DNA of 34,631 nt. Source: a virus. Lineage: Duplodnaviria; Caudoviricetes. Position numbers and translations under genes: made by a program. The notes under the pieces are model-generated. The model did no database searches and was not told the DNA's origin. It saw only the letters and a program-made list of their open reading frames with translations. Shown here one piece after another: positions 26,245 to 34,631 of the stretch. Location: positions 1 through 34,631 of the IMG/VR virus record IMGVR_UViG_3300009426_000626; one strand, written 5' to 3'. Numbering within the stretch: the stretch's first letter is position 1; each line of letters opens with the position of its first letter.

Positions 26245-26588
26245 CAGTCCATAGCCTTTTTAACACTTCGTGCTTTTGATAGTTTCTTCATTTGTGTCGA
26301 ATACTCATTTATAGCAGTAAAGTAAACGTTCATCAATTCTTCCTTGAAACCAGGCAGGTCGTCGATTTCAATCGGATTGTCGTTGCGATCTAATAGTATC
26401 GCATCAGTGTGTCCGTCATTAATCAACATATTGACAAATGCAATTGTAGTTTCATCAGCAAAAAATAGCCCATTGTTCTTGTGCACAATGCGCATGGTTT
26501 CAAATCTACGTGTTACTGTAACGCGGCGGTTTTCAATAGTGGCGCGATAGTTGGAAAAGGTCAGTGCCTTTTCAAGTCGTTCATCCAT
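26241..26588 (-). CDS. Small hypothetical phage protein (possibly tail-fibre-assembly-like)
   Basis: 115 aa with strong TAAGGAG RBS. First gene after a sigma70 promoter. The function is a guess from position. Confidence 0.75.
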   Translation of the reverse strand: MDERLEKALTFSNYRATIENRRVTVTRRFETMRIVHKNNGLFFADETTIAFVNMLINDGHTDAILLDRNDNPIEIDDLPGFKEELMNVYFTAINEYSTQMKKLSKARSVKKAMDW

Positions 26589-26599
26589 GGTAACTCCTT

Positions 26600-26611
26600 A
26601 TGTCATGACAT
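26600..26611. promoter_or_regulatory. Perfect 12-bp palindrome ATGTCATGACAT over the predicted transcription start (candidate operator)
   Basis: Self-complementary sequence lying between the -10 box and the RBS. Confidence 0.4.
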
Positions 26612-26638
26612 TATGCACTTATTTTAGGGGAAAGTCAA
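26610..26638 (-). promoter_or_regulatory. sigma70-type promoter at the head of the enzyme cluster
   Basis: TTGACT-17 nt-CATAAT on the minus strand. Confidence 0.75.
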
Positions 26639-26652
26639 ATGATTTCTGTGGG

Positions 26653-28119
26653 TTAATGGTCGTCAGTTGAATAAGTAAGTGTTCCACCACTTGTGTAAGC
26701 AGCATAACCAGTGCTATCAACACCAATACTGAATGTGGTCCCGTTGATAATAGTTGCAGTGAAGGAAAGGTCGTTAACATCTATCATACCAACAACATCA
26801 GTAATTGTAACTGCGCTGCCGTCTGTGATGCCACTTGTGTCAGCAATAGTAACCACAGCTGGATTAGCTTGGCTGATAGCAGTTATCGCTGTAGTTGTAG
26901 TTGATTCAAAGGTATTAAAGACTGAAAGTGTTGGGTTGGTTAACGCTGAAAATACTGCTGAATTATCTACATATGCGTCAGCTTCCAAATACCCGCCCGA
27001 ATATGTTGTTGTTCCGACAGTAGTAACATTAAGGTCCTGATCATCAAGTGTTGCGCGGATATCCATTGATATCTGTCCAGCTGACGGAGTATCTTCAAGG
27101 ATACGGGCATCCCATCCAATTACCAAAGTGTCATATGTACCATACGAATCAAAAGCACCGCTAGCATCTACTGGCGCTTGTGGAGTTGCAGAAGTAAAAA
27201 TTCTTTGATATATAGGAGATAGATCATATGCACCCAGTCCTGATTGAACTCCATTTGTGCCTGATTGGAATGTAACAGCGTGGTTAATTGACAAAATTCC
27301 CATTGCTTCAGCGACCTGATTCCAGTTATTATATCCCTGATTCAGGGGGTCCCCAGTCATTGTAATTTGGGCGCGGCACTCACTACCTGTATTAAAGAAA
27401 TGTCGCATCTCATCATAAGAGTTCCAAGTATAGCGCATAGTACCGATAAGCTGGTTGTTCCAGTTATTAGTCCTTGTGAAAGTTTCAACAGAATTAAACG
27501 CTGTTGAGTTAAAGTTCCGCCAGTTACGAGCTTGATCTATGATATCAGTATTAATAGTGGACGTAATCAATGTGGTGTCTGATGCAAGTATAACTGCGCC
27601 TTGTGCAATCCGTGTTAAAGTGCTTGGTCCATCAGTACGGACTTCCATAATATTAACTTTATCAATAAGGTTGTTTATATTGGCCTCTAGATAAGCTTGC
27701 AACGTCTGTTCATCAGCTAAAACTGGATCAGAAGTAGAAACAGGATAAACACTTGCTTGCTGCCCCCAACCATAGCGATGCTCAGTCCTATCAAATACTT
27801 GTAGTGTTGCATTTGCTGCTAATGGATCAATAAATGTAATTGAAACTGGTTGATTAAAGTCAAAGACATAATCAACACCATCAGTTAGTGTAACGTCATC
27901 GACGTATACCAAGAGGAAGGCCGATGATTCAGGGTTTGCTGTCAAGGTACGTTGCGCGCCTGCTGATTCACCAGCTGGAGCCGCAGTGTCATTCAATAGT
28001 CTGTTACTTGTGGAAAAGGCAAGTCCAGACGTGTTGTCGCTGAAGATACGATTGACTATGAATGCCAAATCGTTATAATCTTCTATCTCTATTAGTCCGC
28101 CTGAAAATAGTGCCGCCAC
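26653..28119 (-). CDS. Virion structural protein (tail/baseplate-associated) with C-terminal E1-FCCH-like beta domain
   Basis: Thr/Ser/Gly/Asn-rich composition, RHFFNTG motif, and C-terminal ITAISQANPAVVT...VVGMIDVN...GVDSTGYAAYTSGG. GTG start. Confidence 0.75.
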   Translation of the reverse strand: MAALFSGGLIEIEDYNDLAFIVNRIFSDNTSGLAFSTSNRLLNDTAAPAGESAGAQRTLTANPESSAFLLVYVDDVTLTDGVDYVFDFNQPVSITFIDPLAANATLQVFDRTEHRYGWGQQASVYPVSTSDPVLADEQTLQAYLEANINNLIDKVNIMEVRTDGPSTLTRIAQGAVILASDTTLITSTINTDIIDQARNWRNFNSTAFNSVETFTRTNNWNNQLIGTMRYTWNSYDEMRHFFNTGSECRAQITMTGDPLNQGYNNWNQVAEAMGILSINHAVTFQSGTNGVQSGLGAYDLSPIYQRIFTSATPQAPVDASGAFDSYGTYDTLVIGWDARILEDTPSAGQISMDIRATLDDQDLNVTTVGTTTYSGGYLEADAYVDNSAVFSALTNPTLSVFNTFESTTTTAITAISQANPAVVTIADTSGITDGSAVTITDVVGMIDVNDLSFTATIINGTTFSIGVDSTGYAAYTSGGTLTYSTDDH

Positions 28120-28120
28120 G

Positions 28121-29185
28121 TTACTTTGTTCCTACTACCACCTCAATGATGCCTGATGCCTCATTGATTTTGTCTTCTAAAGCCCGCCCAATAACATATT
28201 GCCAATCTACTCCAGCAATGTCTCCAGCACTCATTGCGTGTCCTGGAATGCTACTTGATACTAAGCGTTCTCCTTTACTTACCTTTCCGACAACCTGCAC
28301 TGGAACTCGTCCACTGAGGGCAACGTAAGGATGCGTCTTTTGACTGCCCGCGCCGCTATTCATAGCAAATGCTGGCTTATCTGAAACTACGCCAAATACG
28401 TCTGGGCAGTATTCTTTATCTGTTTGTGTGATTTCCTTGGCGCCGCCAATTTTAACCACTGTACCATAGTCATAGTCTTGATCTGCTTCATAACGCTCTG
28501 CAAGGTCAGCGTATAGCGCAGTTGTTGCCGTTCCCGAGAAAAAATATCCTGTCGTAGTATTTAAGTTTACACCACTCGTTATATCTGGAAACTCTGTATT
28601 GAGCAACGTAGAACCATTTTCAAGATATTCTGTGTTTACACCTGATGTTTGTGGAATCCACGAAGTTATATCATTTGATGCAATGCTGACAATCTCACCA
28701 GCCACAATTGTTTCCAACGTGCGGTGTGTAACATCATCTGTATCGTAACGTGTACGGGCAACCACTCGTGTATCGCCTGCAACATCACTAACTGCAATCC
28801 AAGATCCGTTATAATAAAGATACAGTACACCTGTATCACTGTCAAGCCAAAAGTGCCCGTCTGACTCACCAACTGTTGTAGGTGCTGCTGATTGAACTGT
28901 CATACTTGCGATTGCTTTCCAGTTACCACTGTTGGATACTGTGTCATCAAAATATTTGAGTTGGTTATTTGCTGAGTCATACCATAGCTGACCCTCTACT
29001 GGTTTGCTTGGCGCGGAACCACTCGCGAAGTTTTCCAGTATGTGTAGCAGATCTTCAGCAACCACTTCACCGTAATTCTTGTAGCCTTGGCCGACAAGTC
29101 CGATATTGGTTGTTGTGTTAACTGCTGAGTTAGCGACCGAAATCGCTGATTTGGTTCCGTCTGTGAAATCTACTGTATATGCCAT
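28121..29185 (-). CDS. Baseplate/short-fibre-like structural protein with C-terminal peptidase G2/IMC-like chaperone domain
   Basis: N-terminal LVGQGYKNYGE...LENFA...P..GQLWYD. C-terminal YADLAERY...GVVSDKPA...VALSGRVPV.V.G.V.KG.RLVSS. Confidence 0.78.
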   Translation of the reverse strand: MAYTVDFTDGTKSAISVANSAVNTTTNIGLVGQGYKNYGEVVAEDLLHILENFASGSAPSKPVEGQLWYDSANNQLKYFDDTVSNSGNWKAIASMTVQSAAPTTVGESDGHFWLDSDTGVLYLYYNGSWIAVSDVAGDTRVVARTRYDTDDVTHRTLETIVAGEIVSIASNDITSWIPQTSGVNTEYLENGSTLLNTEFPDITSGVNLNTTTGYFFSGTATTALYADLAERYEADQDYDYGTVVKIGGAKEITQTDKEYCPDVFGVVSDKPAFAMNSGAGSQKTHPYVALSGRVPVQVVGKVSKGERLVSSSIPGHAMSAGDIAGVDWQYVIGRALEDKINEASGIIEVVVGTK

Positions 29186-29188
29186 TTT

Positions 29189-29764
29189 TTATCCTGCCGA
29201 TATCCTTACGGTGTAGACGATTTGAATTTTTCGATTAGCACTTTTTTGTACTGGGTGAAAAATTAAATGTGTTAGTAGTCTACCTTGTTGCGACACAAGA
29301 CCTATCTCATCAAATACAAAGTCACCCTCTTGGCTGCTCGCATCATCAAGTGGATCTTGCCCTGCGGGCTCACCATAGTCTAGTGTGCTTGTTATGACGA
29401 CGTCTGAATATGTCGCCCCACCACTGTGTGAAACAGCGGTATTATTATCTGGATTTTCATCCGAATTAAAATCAACCACTTTACTGTAATTGCGGTTGTA
29501 TAGTTCTGCTGTAATGTCTGTAACGTTTACTGATCTGTAGGTTACATTCCCACTGCCGTCAATAATGACGCCACCATTACCATATGCTAGTTCTTGAATG
29601 AATCCTGAAAAAGAATTAATACCAATGCTATTACTAAGTGCGGATGCAATAGCAAAGCTCATATTTTCACGATGGATAGCATTGCGACGGTTTAATATAA
29701 CCTCGCCAGTATCAGGGTCCCTAATCAGGACGTGTCCTTCTACGTGTAATTTTAAATGATCCAA
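29189..29764 (-). CDS. Virion structural protein (baseplate/fibre-anchor-like)
   Basis: GHVLIRD...NAIH, A.GNGG, and FDEIGL...LLTH..F.P..KS..R..QI.YT.RI pattern. TTG start. Confidence 0.72.
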   Translation of the reverse strand: MDHLKLHVEGHVLIRDPDTGEVILNRRNAIHRENMSFAIASALSNSIGINSFSGFIQELAYGNGGVIIDGSGNVTYRSVNVTDITAELYNRNYSKVVDFNSDENPDNNTAVSHSGGATYSDVVITSTLDYGEPAGQDPLDDASSQEGDFVFDEIGLVSQQGRLLTHLIFHPVQKSANRKIQIVYTVRISAG

Positions 29765-29786
29765 AGTGGTATACCTATTCTATCAT

Positions 29787-29796
29787 AGTATTTAGT
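29787..29796 (-). promoter_or_regulatory. Putative late promoter ACTAAATACT
   Basis: Intergenic, ~22 nt upstream of a structural gene. The match to the 31172 copy extends to AACTAAATACTAT. Confidence 0.7.
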
Positions 29797-29806
29797 TGCT
29801 TGAAAA

Positions 29807-31135
29807 TCATGCCAAGTCGCCGCTTAGTGTTGCAACGGTTGCGCTCTTAAATTTGAGGAATGCTGTTCCATACTGTCCAGCTGTACTAAGCAGCCCGCCG
29901 CGACTGTTAATCGTCATGCCGCCTGCCACTGCAAATGTAATTGCACCAGCGCCACCTTGTTCAAAGAAAATTTCATCATCTGCTGCAAAGCCAACGCCGC
30001 CATTTATTGTGATTGTAACTGGGCTAGCATCTGTTGTTTCTTTATACTTTGAGACATCGCCAAGCACAACGCTGTAAGCACCCGTAACTGACTCAATTGG
30101 AGCAAGTGCATATTGTGTTGCATTAGCTTCTACGCTATCAAGTTTTGTTTTATCTGCTGCGGTTAGTAATCCAGCCTCGGAAACTGTTGCAGCTAAAATT
30201 ACTGCATCTGTACCATCACTTGAAGTAACTGTACCAGTTGTTGCTGCGGTTGTAAAACCTAAGTTTGTTGTAACGTTTACGTTCGCGCCAGCTGTAATAC
30301 CGTCTAGTTTTGTTTTGTCTGTGCCTGTTAGCAAACCAGCCAAAGCGCCTGTTGCTGCTGGTATTGTTGCATCTGTGCCATCACTTGATGTAACTGTACC
30401 ATCGTTTGCCGCTGTTGTATATGCAAGGTCGGTGCCAGCCCCCAAGCCGCCCCAAGCCGCCCCATATCCTTCAAATGCACCCAAGTCGCTATTGTATCGT
30501 ATCATACCAGCTGCGCCAGCTGGGCGTTCTAGAGTTGTTCCGCTTGGAACGTTAATTGCATCAGTACCACCTATTGCAAGCACTGCGCCATCCCATGTTA
30601 GGTTTGCATTACCTTCAATTACGGTCGCGGTTGTCCAAACTGCTAGCTGGTTGTTAACTGGTGTACCAGTTGGTGAAACTACACCAGCTAATGCCCCAGT
30701 AAATGTAAGATTTCCACCAATAGCAAATGTTGCTCCATCCCAAGTAAGTTCAGGCACACCTTCCATTGCGGTTCCACCTGCCCAAACTCCAAGTTGGGTT
30801 ACAAGTGGTGTACCGCTTGCTATAACTGAATTTTGGGTACTGGTTGTATCTCCCCAAACTGCCGCGCCGGTTGAATTATCCAAACATATATATGCAATAT
30901 CATTTGTTTCGTCAATCCAGATATCACCAACTTCAATTGCACCGTTACCACCGGAATTATTGCCATCATCAGTAACGCTTGGGGGGCTTGTGGCCCCTGT
31001 TGTTTTAAATGGCGCACTATCTGCAATATTGTCCATCTGAGTTCTAACATCTGTCGCAGTGATTGCGCCAGCACCGTTGGTTGGAAACAACGTTGTTGTT
31101 TGGATTTTGAACTCTTGGTTAGTTAATTGTGCCAT
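29807..31135 (-). CDS. Tail fibre-like protein
   Basis: Gly/Ala/Thr-rich; VPSGTTLERP...GMIRYN...FEGY knot; two AGLL...DKTKLD repeats; C-terminal ...GQY....L.......LSGDLA domain. Confidence 0.8.
   Translation of the reverse strand: MAQLTNQEFKIQTTTLFPTNGAGAITATDVRTQMDNIADSAPFKTTGATSPPSVTDDGNNSGGNGAIEVGDIWIDETNDIAYICLDNSTGAAVWGDTTSTQNSVIASGTPLVTQLGVWAGGTAMEGVPELTWDGATFAIGGNLTFTGALAGVVSPTGTPVNNQLAVWTTATVIEGNANLTWDGAVLAIGGTDAINVPSGTTLERPAGAAGMIRYNSDLGAFEGYGAAWGGLGAGTDLAYTTAANDGTVTSSDGTDATIPAATGALAGLLTGTDKTKLDGITAGANVNVTTNLGFTTAATTGTVTSSDGTDAVILAATVSEAGLLTAADKTKLDSVEANATQYALAPIESVTGAYSVVLGDVSKYKETTDASPVTITINGGVGFAADDEIFFEQGGAGAITFAVAGGMTINSRGGLLSTAGQYGTAFLKFKSATVATLSGDLA
30116..30433 (-). repeat. 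Two tandem ~53-aa repeats (T.L..TTAA..GTVTSSDGTDA.I.AAT...AGLLT..DKTKLD)
   Basis: Visible in the translation, aa ~235-340. Confidence 0.85.
30566..30817 (-). repeat. Two ~35-aa repeats (GTP...QL.VW...T..EG...LTWDGA..AIGG)
   Basis: Visible in the translation, aa ~107-190. Confidence 0.85.
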
Positions 31136-31171
31136 TTAGTTTTCCCTTGCATCATTTGTTTTACCTGTTAT

Positions 31172-31181
31172 AGTATTTAGT
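31172..31181 (-). promoter_or_regulatory. Putative late promoter ACTAAATACT
   Basis: Intergenic, directly after the upstream stop and before the tail fibre gene. Confidence 0.7.
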
Positions 31182-33662
31182 TTAACTAGATGCCTCCGCT
31201 ATTCCGGTGTCGTCAATGTCAACGCCCCACATTACGAACTCGGAGATGAAGCCGTTGAAATCATAACCAACGTCAATTTGCGTGGCTGACAGGTCAGCTA
31301 GTACAGTTGGTGTTGTATTGGCTGTCGCAATGTTCCCATTTAATCCGCCGTTAATAAACGCAGCGCCGTGTCTCTGCGCTATACTGAAAGACACGTTCAC
31401 ACCGGGAGTAAGTTGTGTTCCTGTGACAGTTACTGTGTCAGTAGCGCCGCCTCCAGACTGCCCCGGCTCATAGCTACCAGTTTTCGCAGCAGTTGCGTTA
31501 AGATCGGAGAAAACACGGTTGGCGTTGGTGATGTAATGCCGGAAGAACGTGGCCTCATACGCCCCAGTATCAGCGTAAGTAATTAACCCGCTCATCGAGT
31601 AGCTTTGCGCCGTGGTATTGGCTGGCGTCAACGCCCCTGCAACCGACAGTGTCTCGGCGGCTCGGGCTACTGTTGCACCGCTGGTTGGGATGTGTGAACT
31701 TGGCACACTAGCGTCTTCTACCTGCATACCCCATGCATAGTAGGTTTCGGTTGTGCCGCTGAAGTTAATAACATAAAACGTGTGCGGCGTTACGGTCGTT
31801 GTGGCACTAACGGAACACCTGTACCAGCCGTTGCCAACGTCTTCTATTGTCGGGATGCCGACTGCCGTGTATCCCGCTCCGTTTGTTGAATATGCCCCGG
31901 CTGTACCAGCGCTCAAGTTAATAACTGAAGCTACCGAATTAGCTGCGCCATTGTCACCAATCGCCAAGTAGACCAAAGCCCCCGTTCCCTGCTTCAAGTA
32001 GCATGAGAATGTCTTAGTGGTGGCAGTAGACAATATGGTATTATAAAAGTATCCGCCCGCTCCGGTGTTAGTAATCAGAGACGCTGTTGTTTCGCCCGTA
32101 GGACTAGTCGCGTTATTTTGCGTTATGGTGGTGTTCGGGGCGACGTAAGTGCCACCCGCGCCCGGTATGCTTTCAACTTCTAGGTTCGTCGCCGCAGTAC
32201 TCTCAAACCGCAGGCCAGTCTTTACCGCGCCCGACGCTGCGTTCAGTGTTGGTAGGGCCGCGGTGCCTGTTGTTGGAACGTATAGTCCGCTTACGGCGTC
32301 GCCGCTGTTAGCTACAACGCCGTTAAGGTCGGAGCGGTACACACTAGGTGCTGCCACACGTAAAGTAGCAGCCAGGCCTCCAGTTCCCCAAAAGCCTAAC
32401 ACGATGCCAGAAGCTGAAATATCAACAGTTGAGGTTCCAGTGAGAGTTAAGGTCCAGTAAGTACCGTTGTCTACAACAGCCCCTGATACATCTGAAAAGG
32501 CGCCGCCGTCTGGCGTATCCACGAAAGAACCTGCTGCAGGGTCAAACTGGCGAAGTCTAAGGCGGGTGGCGCCCTGTTGACCTAAGTACAAATCCAATGG
32601 ACCACCAGAACTGCCAGCCTTAGATACAAGTATCTGCCCTGTACGGCCTTCCAGTAGGGGCCAGTTTTCTACCTGGAAGCCAGCCCTAGAGCTTGTGTCA
32701 GCTGTAATATTTATATCAACCCAGTTAGTACCTGTAGGCGAACCAACACCACTGTCTGTAATTGTAGCATTTGCACCCACATATGTGGCAGAGATGCCTT
32801 GACTGTCTTTCACCAGGTTATGCGCGTTCCACTTGGCTGTGGGTGCATCAGCTGCGAATGTGTGGGCGTTTCGGCGTGGCAGGTATACTGCCGCACCGAC
32901 ATTATCAACGTAGCTTTTCTCCGTATCAGGATCAGTTACCATTCCACCTAAATCAGCGCGGTTTGAGACAAAGTTCTCAAAGTCCATTGTCTCTGTGCCA
33001 ACAGTCGTCCAAGTGACCGCACCTGTGCTAGTGTCGAATGTGTTTCCGGTAGCAGCCTCGGCGAAACCATAATACATTTGCTTCGCCCCCACGGCGGGAT
33101 TTGTCGCTTCAATAGCGCAGTAAAATGAACCGTCACCATTATCTACGATTGTGGAGCTATTCAGAGTTGCTCCACCAGTGTCGTTAGTTTCAGAAACTAC
33201 CCCGGTGCTTAAATCAAACACCGCTGTCGCGTACTTATTGAACTCTCCCCTCATAGTAATGAACATGAAATTGTGTGTTCCCGGCGTGACTTTAACACCT
33301 CGCGCCTCTCGTACTCCGTCGAAGTAAAAACCATTAAGACGCAAGGCGTGTATTCCGGTGGAGGCGGTGCAGGTGACTGTTGCCCCAGAACTCGTTGCCC
33401 TATCTAGGGTAAAGGCAGAAGGGAGTGTCCTAGACTCTGTGTTATGCGCGTTCCACTTCAACAGCCCATCGCTGTCAGTCATTGTGGCTGGTTCAGTTAA
33501 CCCTGCATATGTAAGTGCTGTATCAAAATCAGTATAAACCCTATTGATTCTGTAAAGATCATTAATAAAGTCAGCTACATACTCAGGCTTAAACCCGCGA
33601 GCGTTATATAAACCGTCATGTGCTGCCGCTTGCAACCCTATTTGATTTAAGCGTACACTCAT
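31182..33662 (-). CDS. Large fibre/spike protein with repeated beta-sandwich (carbohydrate-binding-like) modules
   Basis: Repeated KWNAHN...R.DL.G.V modules; GLRFESTAATNL; TFSCYLK...GNGWYRCSV...WGMQVE....PSSHIPTSGATVARAAE. Start MSVRL at 33662 (TAATG overlap). Confidence 0.78.
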   Translation of the reverse strand: MSVRLNQIGLQAAAHDGLYNARGFKPEYVADFINDLYRINRVYTDFDTALTYAGLTEPATMTDSDGLLKWNAHNTESRTLPSAFTLDRATSSGATVTCTASTGIHALRLNGFYFDGVREARGVKVTPGTHNFMFITMRGEFNKYATAVFDLSTGVVSETNDTGGATLNSSTIVDNGDGSFYCAIEATNPAVGAKQMYYGFAEAATGNTFDTSTGAVTWTTVGTETMDFENFVSNRADLGGMVTDPDTEKSYVDNVGAAVYLPRRNAHTFAADAPTAKWNAHNLVKDSQGISATYVGANATITDSGVGSPTGTNWVDINITADTSSRAGFQVENWPLLEGRTGQILVSKAGSSGGPLDLYLGQQGATRLRLRQFDPAAGSFVDTPDGGAFSDVSGAVVDNGTYWTLTLTGTSTVDISASGIVLGFWGTGGLAATLRVAAPSVYRSDLNGVVANSGDAVSGLYVPTTGTAALPTLNAASGAVKTGLRFESTAATNLEVESIPGAGGTYVAPNTTITQNNATSPTGETTASLITNTGAGGYFYNTILSTATTKTFSCYLKQGTGALVYLAIGDNGAANSVASVINLSAGTAGAYSTNGAGYTAVGIPTIEDVGNGWYRCSVSATTTVTPHTFYVINFSGTTETYYAWGMQVEDASVPSSHIPTSGATVARAAETLSVAGALTPANTTAQSYSMSGLITYADTGAYEATFFRHYITNANRVFSDLNATAAKTGSYEPGQSGGGATDTVTVTGTQLTPGVNVSFSIAQRHGAAFINGGLNGNIATANTTPTVLADLSATQIDVGYDFNGFISEFVMWGVDIDDTGIAEASS
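32817..33458. repeat. Exact 18-bp direct repeat GTTATGCGCGTTCCACTT at 32817-32834 and 33441-33458
   Basis: Both copies encode KWNAHN. Spacing is 624 nt, which is in frame. Confidence 0.9.
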
Positions 33663-34631
33663 TACGCAACAATTCCAATTTGTCCTTGCACCACCCATTC
33701 ATCAGTTGCGCGTTTGTATAGTGTGCATCCTGCATAGGCTGCCGGGGTCATTGTGCCGCTTCCTGCAACCACTCCGTTTAGTGTTACACCGCCTACGCCA
33801 GTAATTGTTGCTGCCGCTGTTATGTCAATAAGTGATACGTTGATAACTGTACCGACAGGGAACGCAATTGTTGCATTAAGTGGAATCGTTATGTCAACTG
33901 CGCCACCACTTGTATTAACTTCCAATATACAACTTCTGTCTGTTAGTACCAATGCGCGGCTGGCAGCAACCGCAATAAGTGTAGTATGTATTACTACATT
34001 ACCTGTCGCTATAATATCTTGCGATGCATCAATTGTCATAGCTGTTACTGAATTAGTCTGGAATTCAATGCTTGCCGCTTCATCTGTTATAATACTCAAT
34101 GTGCCTGTACCGCGGTGGATTAATTGACCTGTTGCATTTGTACCGCCGCTGCGGATTAAACGCATCGCATAGTCACCGTATGAAGCAGTGTCACTTACAA
34201 GATCTATATATGCATCGCCATCGGCAAATCTACCAGTACCAATTTGGACACCTGCTGCACCAGTCGTTAGTGTTGAACTGCCGATGTTTAACAATAGAGG
34301 GGTAGGACCGTCACCCGTCATCGTTACTGTGCCGGTTGGCCCAACAGTTAGGCGGCTGATTGAATCAGTCTGAAAATCAATTGTTGCCGCCTCATCTGTT
34401 ATGACACTTAATGTTCCTGTCCCACGATGAATTATCTGTCCTGTGCCATTGGCTCCAGAATTGCGAATCATTCTTAAACCAAAGTCAGTATACGTCGCAC
34501 CGTCAGCCACAAGATCCATATACGAATTACCGTCACCAGTTCTACCATTACCGACTTGCAATGCAGCAACACCAGACGTCATCGCAGGGTCGCCAATATT
34601 CATTACTGTTGCGGCGGCGCCTTGTCCGATC
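33662..34631 (-). CDS. Tail fibre-like protein, 3' part (5' end lies outside the window)
   Basis: The frame is open to the window edge (IGQGAAATV-MNIG...). Contains ~104-aa repeats and a C-terminal domain similar to that of 29807..31135. Confidence 0.8.
   Translation of the reverse strand, partial: IGQGAAATVMNIGDPAMTSGVAALQVGNGRTGDGNSYMDLVADGATYTDFGLRMIRNSGANGTGQIIHRGTGTLSVITDEAATIDFQTDSISRLTVGPTGTVTMTGDGPTPLLLNIGSSTLTTGAAGVQIGTGRFADGDAYIDLVSDTASYGDYAMRLIRSGGTNATGQLIHRGTGTLSIITDEAASIEFQTNSVTAMTIDASQDIIATGNVVIHTTLIAVAASRALVLTDRSCILEVNTSGGAVDITIPLNATIAFPVGTVINVSLIDITAAATITGVGGVTLNGVVAGSGTMTPAAYAGCTLYKRATDEWVVQGQIGIVA
34019..34603 (-). repeat. Two ~104-aa-period repeats (NIG...Q.G.GR..DG..Y.DLV.D...Y.D...R.IR..G.N.TGQ.IHRGTGTLS.ITDEAA.I.FQT)
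   Basis: Visible in the translation. Confidence 0.85.

Noticed and set aside
1-26588. Bacterial capsule or O-antigen locus
   Set aside because: No flippase, polymerase, ABC exporter or multi-pass membrane protein. The cluster is contiguous and co-oriented with phage virion genes and shares their promoter motif.
30315-31040. 241-aa plus-strand ORF, and other plus-strand ORFs such as 19264..19845, 6769..7176 and 33753..34127
   Set aside because: Antisense shadows of well-supported minus-strand genes, with no recognisable motifs.
29807-34631. Diversity-generating retroelement or invertible tail-fibre cassette
   Set aside because: No reverse transcriptase or invertase, no TR/VR pair differing at adenines, and no inverted fibre copies in the window.
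1-34631. tRNA, rRNA, CRISPR array, intron, intein or IS element
   Set aside because: Intergenic gaps are all under ~80 nt. I saw no repeat-spacer pattern, transposase, homing endonuclease or intein motif.

Overview
The window looks like part of a large, T4-related tailed phage genome (jumbo-phage-like; inferred from the protein families). Essentially every gene is on the minus strand, tightly packed, with many ATGA/TAATG start-stop overlaps. In transcription order it runs from tail-fibre, baseplate and virion structural genes (34631-26653) directly into a ~26.5 kb enzyme cluster (26588-1) that continues past the left edge. The cluster has 10 complete radical SAM genes plus the 5' end of a probable 11th. 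Four have an N-terminal twitch domain, four have a C-terminal SPASM/twitch-like domain, one has its domains in permuted order, and one is cobalamin-binding. It also encodes four GT-A-like glycosyltransferases, a CmcH/NodU carbamoyltransferase with a coupled 29-aa basic peptide missed by the ORF track, a CMP-nonulosonate synthetase, an Stf0-like sulfotransferase, an SGNH protein, a methyltransferase-like protein, a divergent QueC-like PP-loop enzyme and a secreted HExxH protein. Three near-consensus sigma70 promoters and three copies of a putative late-promoter motif (ACTAAATACT) are visible. My best-supported hypothesis (inference) is a phage-encoded pathway for building and heavily tailoring a glycan, possibly displayed on the virion. 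I saw no tRNA, rRNA, CRISPR array or mobile element. Family assignments are by eye from motifs, and no searches were run.
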